DNA of 64,000 bases from a bacterium (GTDB taxonomy: Bacteria > RBG-13-61-14 > DATKZS01). A program made the translations under genes and the position numbers. Position 1 is the first letter of the stretch, and each line of letters starts with the position of its first letter. Under the pieces are notes generated by a model. The model made no database searches. It saw nothing but the letters and a program-made list of their open reading frames with translations, and was not told the DNA's origin. This document shows positions 59,734-64,000 of the stretch, one piece after another. The DNA lies in the NCBI GenBank assembly GCA_963674965.2, contig CAXXFL010000007.1, positions 736,001 through 800,000 on the forward strand, read 5' to 3'.

Positions 59734-61217
59734 AGAAAACACTTTTAGTGACGCTGGGACTTTTGCTGGTCGCGGCCGCCCTTGGCGTGTACGTAATAAA
59801 AACAAAACCCAAGGAGACCCAAAAGAAGGGCGACTGGGAGCCGGAGCTACTAGTCGATCCCCAGGCCGATCTAACCAGACTGACCCTTATAAGACCCGAG
59901 GACAAGATCGTTATCGAGAAAATCAAGGGGACAGACCAGTGGAAACTGGCCGAGCCGGTCCAATCCTTCGTCGAGCCCTACTTTGTGCTGCCAATCATAG
60001 GAGACCTGACCAATCTGAAGCGGGAAAAGATCATCAGTATCAAACCCGAGACCTTGACCATTTATCAGTTGGACGATCCCATGCTCGAGGTGATCTACGA
60101 GTTTGGCGACGGTAGCGACCCGATAAAGCTCTCGGTAGGAAAGTTGAACTATACCAGGGACTTTTATTACGCCAAGCTAGACAATAGCGACACCGTATTT
60201 CTGGTGGCCCCGACCGTCCACCTGGCGGCCCAGGCCCCCATGGACGCCTTCAGGTCCAAAATCCTCCTGTATCATGAAGCCTCGGACGTTGGTTCCTTCC
60301 AGATTAAAATCGAGGACCCGGATTACAAAACCAGGTTCGGTAACGCCCTCGAGCCCAAGCTGGTCATTCAGGGACGGGCGGACGAGAAACCCCAGTGGGT
60401 TATCGTCAGCCCCATCCATGAGAACGCCAACTTCAAAATGGTGGACAACTTTTTCCTCGGCTTTAAAAACACCTCGGCCTTGACGGTAATCGACGTTCCC
60501 GACGACAAGCTTTCCGAATACGGCCTGGATCCCCCCAAGGTCAGGATCGGACTTATCATGAGAAACGGAGAAAAAGAGGAAATCCAGCTTGGAGGGATGG
60601 ACGAAACGGGGACCATTATGTACGCCAGAAACGCCGGGGGAAACGAGGTCCTCCCCTTGCCCATCGAAGCGGCCACCAGAATTATCGTCGCCCATTTCAG
60701 GATGCCCCATAAGTTCACCCTCGCCCTGGGACTACAGATGGTGAGGATGGAGGTATCCTCGCCGGAAATCGAAAACGGGGGCTTCGTCATCGTCTCCGAC
60801 GGCAAGGGCGGCTATCATCTCGATAACCAGCCGGACAAGATCGTACTGCCCCAGGGGATTAATTATTTCTTAAAGCCTTTCGCCAACGAGGAAAGCTATT
60901 ACATCCGGCACAACGAACCCTTCGATTTGCCAAGCTACGGGATCGAGCCCGCGAGAATGAGGATAAAGGTCACGGGCCCCAAAAACGAGTTGCTTGACGT
61001 ATCCATCGGAGTCGCGGCCAAGCAGGGAGACGATTTAGCCACCTTCTATTTCGACCATTTGCAAAAAAGCGTTTTCATGATAAAAAAGGACATATTGAGC
61101 GGCATGCCCCTTACGGAAAAAGACCTGGTCGCCACGCCGGAGGAAGTACAGAAACGAAACGATTTCCTCCAGAAAAAGCATAGAAGAAGAAAAAATATGT
61201 TGGAGAGAAATAAATGA
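59730..61217 (+). CDS. DUF4340-like membrane-anchored protein
   Basis: Repeated YGLD.P / YGIEP motifs; usual position after Gld-like ABC genes. Confidence 0.75.
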   Translation: MKKTLLVTLGLLLVAAALGVYVIKTKPKETQKKGDWEPELLVDPQADLTRLTLIRPEDKIVIEKIKGTDQWKLAEPVQSFVEPYFVLPIIGDLTNLKREKIISIKPETLTIYQLDDPMLEVIYEFGDGSDPIKLSVGKLNYTRDFYYAKLDNSDTVFLVAPTVHLAAQAPMDAFRSKILLYHEASDVGSFQIKIEDPDYKTRFGNALEPKLVIQGRADEKPQWVIVSPIHENANFKMVDNFFLGFKNTSALTVIDVPDDKLSEYGLDPPKVRIGLIMRNGEKEEIQLGGMDETGTIMYARNAGGNEVLPLPIEAATRIIVAHFRMPHKFTLALGLQMVRMEVSSPEIENGGFVIVSDGKGGYHLDNQPDKIVLPQGINYFLKPFANEESYYIRHNEPFDLPSYGIEPARMRIKVTGPKNELLDVSIGVAAKQGDDLATFYFDHLQKSVFMIKKDILSGMPLTEKDLVATPEEVQKRNDFLQKKHRRRKNMLERNK

Positions 61218-61429
61218 GCAAGGATGAAACCTTTTTTGATCGCAGGGTGATCGAGAGAAATCTCACGGAGGGAGTAGTCTCAAGAGGCGAGTATGACAAA
61301 TACCTGAAATCCCTGAAGGACGTTGAAGAAAGGGCGGAATACGTTTCCATCGAGACCGTCGCCCCTAAGTCCTACCTCGCCTCGATCGGGGTCTCGGCCA
61401 AGAGCGAGGCCGAACCCGGCAAAGAATAG
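61214..61429 (+). CDS. Small hypothetical protein
   Basis: FDRRVIERNL..G.V...EY.KYL..L.D; coupled to the upstream stop. Confidence 0.7.
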   Translation: MSKDETFFDRRVIERNLTEGVVSRGEYDKYLKSLKDVEERAEYVSIETVAPKSYLASIGVSAKSEAEPGKE

Positions 61430-61448
61430 AAACCGGGGGCCTTTAATT

Positions 61449-61577
61449 ATGAGCGGCGGGAAAAACGGACGAAAGTCCGACTTGAGGACCCGGCTTGTTC
61501 TCTGGGCCATACTGCTTTACTCGATCGGGCTCGCGGCCATGATCGCCGAGGACCTGTTGAGTCACACTTTTTTCTAA
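61449..61577 (+). CDS. 42-aa single-TM protein
   Basis: MSGGKNGRKSDLRTRLVLWAILLYSIGLAAMIAEDLLSHTFF; basic N-terminus followed by a TM segment. Confidence 0.45.
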   Translation: MSGGKNGRKSDLRTRLVLWAILLYSIGLAAMIAEDLLSHTFF

Positions 61578-61624
61578 ACCATGGCCATGACGGGTAAACC
61601 CCGCGCTTTCAAGGGAGCGCGCTG

Positions 61625-61720
61625 ATGGGAATCGGATCGGTCCTTTGGATCACGATCCCTCCCCTGGCGTTTATCGGCGCGTCCATATACCTTTATCTTA
61701 GAAACGGCGGGGAGGACTGA
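61625..61720 (+). CDS. 31-aa single-TM peptide, putative symporter accessory protein
   Basis: AAGGGAG SD; MGIGSVLWITIPPLAFIGASIYLYLRNGGED; stop 4 bp before the symporter start. Confidence 0.6.
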   Translation: MGIGSVLWITIPPLAFIGASIYLYLRNGGED

Positions 61721-61724
61721 ACCC

Positions 61725-63287
61725 TTGCAAGGAGTCGCTCCCGATTATGAACTGTACCTTTCCTTCGGCCTCTATCTCATAATACTCGTGGCCATCGGCC
61801 TCATGGGTTTCAAGGTTTCACACACCTTCTCCGATTACATTCTCGGCGGCAGGAAGCTGGGAGCTTGGGTGACGGCCATCAGCGCCCAGGCCTCGGACAT
61901 GAGCGGGTGGCTCCTCATGGGCCTGCCGGGCAAGGTCGTCTCGAGCGGGGTGTCCGCCGTCTGGATTTCCATCGGTCTCGCGGGTGGGACCATGTTCAAC
62001 TGGACCCATATCGCTCGAAGGCTGAGAAGATACTCCGAAATCCTCGGCGCCCTGACCATGACCGACTTCTTCGCCGGAAGGTTCATGGGAGAGGCCCAAA
62101 AGCCCATCCGCCTGACATGCCTCTTTATCATCGTCGTCTTCTACGTGATTTATATCTCCGCCCAGTTCGTGGCCGCGGGCACGGCCGTCAACAGGACCTT
62201 CGGGCTGACCTACCACGAAGCCCTGCTCGTCTCCGCCACCGTGATCGTCTTCTATACCATGATGGGAGGGTTCCTGGCCGTCGCCTGGACCGACCTGTTC
62301 CAGGGAATGATCATGGTCGCCGTCGTGGTCGTCCTGCCCATAGTCGGCGTCATCAGCCTGGGCGGCGTTGCGCCGGTAATCACGGCCATGGCCGAGAGGG
62401 GACCCGAGATGCTCCAGGTTTCGGCCGGGAAAAGCGGATGGCCCCTGCTCGGCGCCCTGGTCATCGGCGGGCTGGCCTGGGGCCTGGGATACCCGGGCAT
62501 GCCTCATATTACGGTCCGCTACATGGCCATCGAGGACGAGAAGAAGCTGAAAAGGAGCGCCCTTATCTCCATGATATGGGTGGTGCTGGCACTGTGGGGG
62601 GCCATGGCCGTGGGGGCCGTGGGACTGGCGTCCATCGGGGAAAACATGGGAAAGCCCGAGAGCGTCCTCATCGACATGGTGGTCGGACACTTCCCCGGAT
62701 GGCTGGCCGGCGCCTGCATAGCGGCCGTCGCCGCCGCCATCATGAGCACGGTCGACTCCCAGATACTGGTACTGAGTTCGGCCTTCGTCGAGGACTTCTA
62801 CCTTAAAACCCTCGGACGAGAAGCCGACGAAAAAACCAGGATCAGAATCGGCCGCGCCGTTACCCTGCTGATCGGGGCGGCCTCCGTCTGGCTCTGCTGG
62901 GACGCGGAAAAGGGCGTCTTCGACTACGTGTCCGACGCCTGGGCCGGCCTGGCCGCGGGCTTCGGGCCCGCCCTCATTTTAAGTCTCAAGTGGAGGAGGA
63001 CCACCGGGTGGGGGGTCGCCTCCGGGATGGTCGCCGGCATCGCCGTCGCCCTTATCTGGCGGCACAACGACTACCTGGCGGGCCTGATCTACGAGCTGCC
63101 CGTCGCCTTCGCGGCCGGCCTGGCCGTCATCGTCATCGTAAGCCTTCTCTCCCCTCCGCCCGGCGAGGAGGTCCTGGTCCGCTTCGACCTGGCCGCCAAC
63201 GAGAAGATTCCCCTCCGGGACCAGGAGGGCAACCCCATTCCCCTCGATGAACTGATATCAGCGCGGCGCGTTCTGGATAATGACTGA
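61725..63287 (+). CDS. putP: Sodium:solute (proline-type) symporter
   Basis: DYILGGRKLG, SAQASDMSGWLLMGLPG, WTDLFQG, WGLGYPGMPHI..RYMA, AAIMSTVDSQ. Confidence 0.88.
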   Translation: MQGVAPDYELYLSFGLYLIILVAIGLMGFKVSHTFSDYILGGRKLGAWVTAISAQASDMSGWLLMGLPGKVVSSGVSAVWISIGLAGGTMFNWTHIARRLRRYSEILGALTMTDFFAGRFMGEAQKPIRLTCLFIIVVFYVIYISAQFVAAGTAVNRTFGLTYHEALLVSATVIVFYTMMGGFLAVAWTDLFQGMIMVAVVVVLPIVGVISLGGVAPVITAMAERGPEMLQVSAGKSGWPLLGALVIGGLAWGLGYPGMPHITVRYMAIEDEKKLKRSALISMIWVVLALWGAMAVGAVGLASIGENMGKPESVLIDMVVGHFPGWLAGACIAAVAAAIMSTVDSQILVLSSAFVEDFYLKTLGREADEKTRIRIGRAVTLLIGAASVWLCWDAEKGVFDYVSDAWAGLAAGFGPALILSLKWRRTTGWGVASGMVAGIAVALIWRHNDYLAGLIYELPVAFAAGLAVIVIVSLLSPPPGEEVLVRFDLAANEKIPLRDQEGNPIPLDELISARRVLDND

Positions 63288-63402
63288 CCGCCTCGACTTT
63301 TTCCTTCACCTTTCCGTGTAAAATTTCCCTCTTCATGATATCCTTGACGTCCCGCCGGATTCATCGGCGGCGATGGTTACCGACGAAAAGCGGGGTAGAA
63401 AA

Positions 63403-64000
63403 ATGGCCGTTGCAAAAGACAAGTTCATCGTGAAGGGTTTCAAGCTCGGGGCCGCGGAGGCGGGGGTCCGTTACAAGGCCAGAAAGGACCTGGGACTTAT
63501 CCTGGCGGACGCGCCCTGCTCGGCCGCGGGCCTCTTTACTCTTAACAGGGTCAAAGCTCCCTCCGTGACAATGAATAAAAGGAGGCTTAAAAGCGGCCTG
63601 GCCCAGGCGGTGCTCGTCAACTCGGGCAACGCCAACGCGTGCGTGGGAAAGCGCGGCATGGACGACGCCATCGCCGCCACCGCCGCCCTGGCCGGACGCC
63701 TCGCGATCAAGCCGTCCCTGGTGCTTATGAACTCGACGGGCGTAATCGGCGAGCCCTTGCCCGGGGGAGTGATCGAGAAGGCCTTGCCCGCGCTCGTCGC
63801 GTCCGTCCGGCCGGGGGGGATCGGCGACTTCACCAGCGCCATCATGACCACCGACACGAGACCTAAAATCGCGGGCCGCTCATTCCGGATCGCCGGCAAA
63901 AAGGTTACACTCGCCGCCGCGGCCAAGGGAGCGGGGATGATCATGCCCAACATGGCCACCATGCTCGCCTACGTCCTGACCGACGCCGAGGTCGATCCGC
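63403..64000 (+). CDS. argJ: Ornithine acetyltransferase / N-acetylglutamate synthase (partial)
   Basis: KDLGL, NSGNANAC, STGVIG, AIMTTDT, KGAGMIMPNMATML; runs off the window end. Confidence 0.95.
   Translation, partial: MAVAKDKFIVKGFKLGAAEAGVRYKARKDLGLILADAPCSAAGLFTLNRVKAPSVTMNKRRLKSGLAQAVLVNSGNANACVGKRGMDDAIAATAALAGRLAIKPSLVLMNSTGVIGEPLPGGVIEKALPALVASVRPGGIGDFTSAIMTTDTRPKIAGRSFRIAGKKVTLAAAAKGAGMIMPNMATMLAYVLTDAEVDP

Overview
High-GC bacterial chromosomal segment; gene content suggests a deltaproteobacterium-like anaerobe (inference). In order: (1) 1-5.3 kb, the 3' part of a tightly coupled RiPP-like maturation operon (kinase, B12-binding radical SAM, lasso-B2-like peptidase, two radical SAM/SPASM enzymes; no precursor in the window); (2) WD40 and EEP proteins; (3) 8.7-24 kb, two divergent operons: a Tat-exported type II DMSO-reductase-family molybdoenzyme of the ethylbenzene/steroid-C25 dehydrogenase type (alpha, beta, gamma, chaperone, triheme cytochrome c) and a b6f-like Rieske/split cytochrome b/octaheme cytochrome c complex with a cupredoxin-like and a double-START protein; (4) an AT-rich intergenic region with DnaA boxes and DnaA-trio-like repeats (candidate oriC) next to the NrdR-boxed promoter of class II RNR nrdJ; (5) a 3.7-kb low-GC island between 28-bp imperfect direct repeats, carrying HEPN-like and PD-(D/E)xK-like ORFs and a 3x207-bp REPIN-like array, followed by a PBP1A 3' remnant; (6) housekeeping and envelope genes: folK (no canonical start), dapL, ECF sigma/anti-sigma, GT-C/wzm-wzt glycan cluster, trpF-trpB, hisS-aspS, LysM lipoprotein, HtrA, Gld-like ABC system, PutP-like symporter and partial argJ. 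No rRNA, tRNA or CRISPR array was recognised. All assignments come from reading motifs by eye; no database searches were run.
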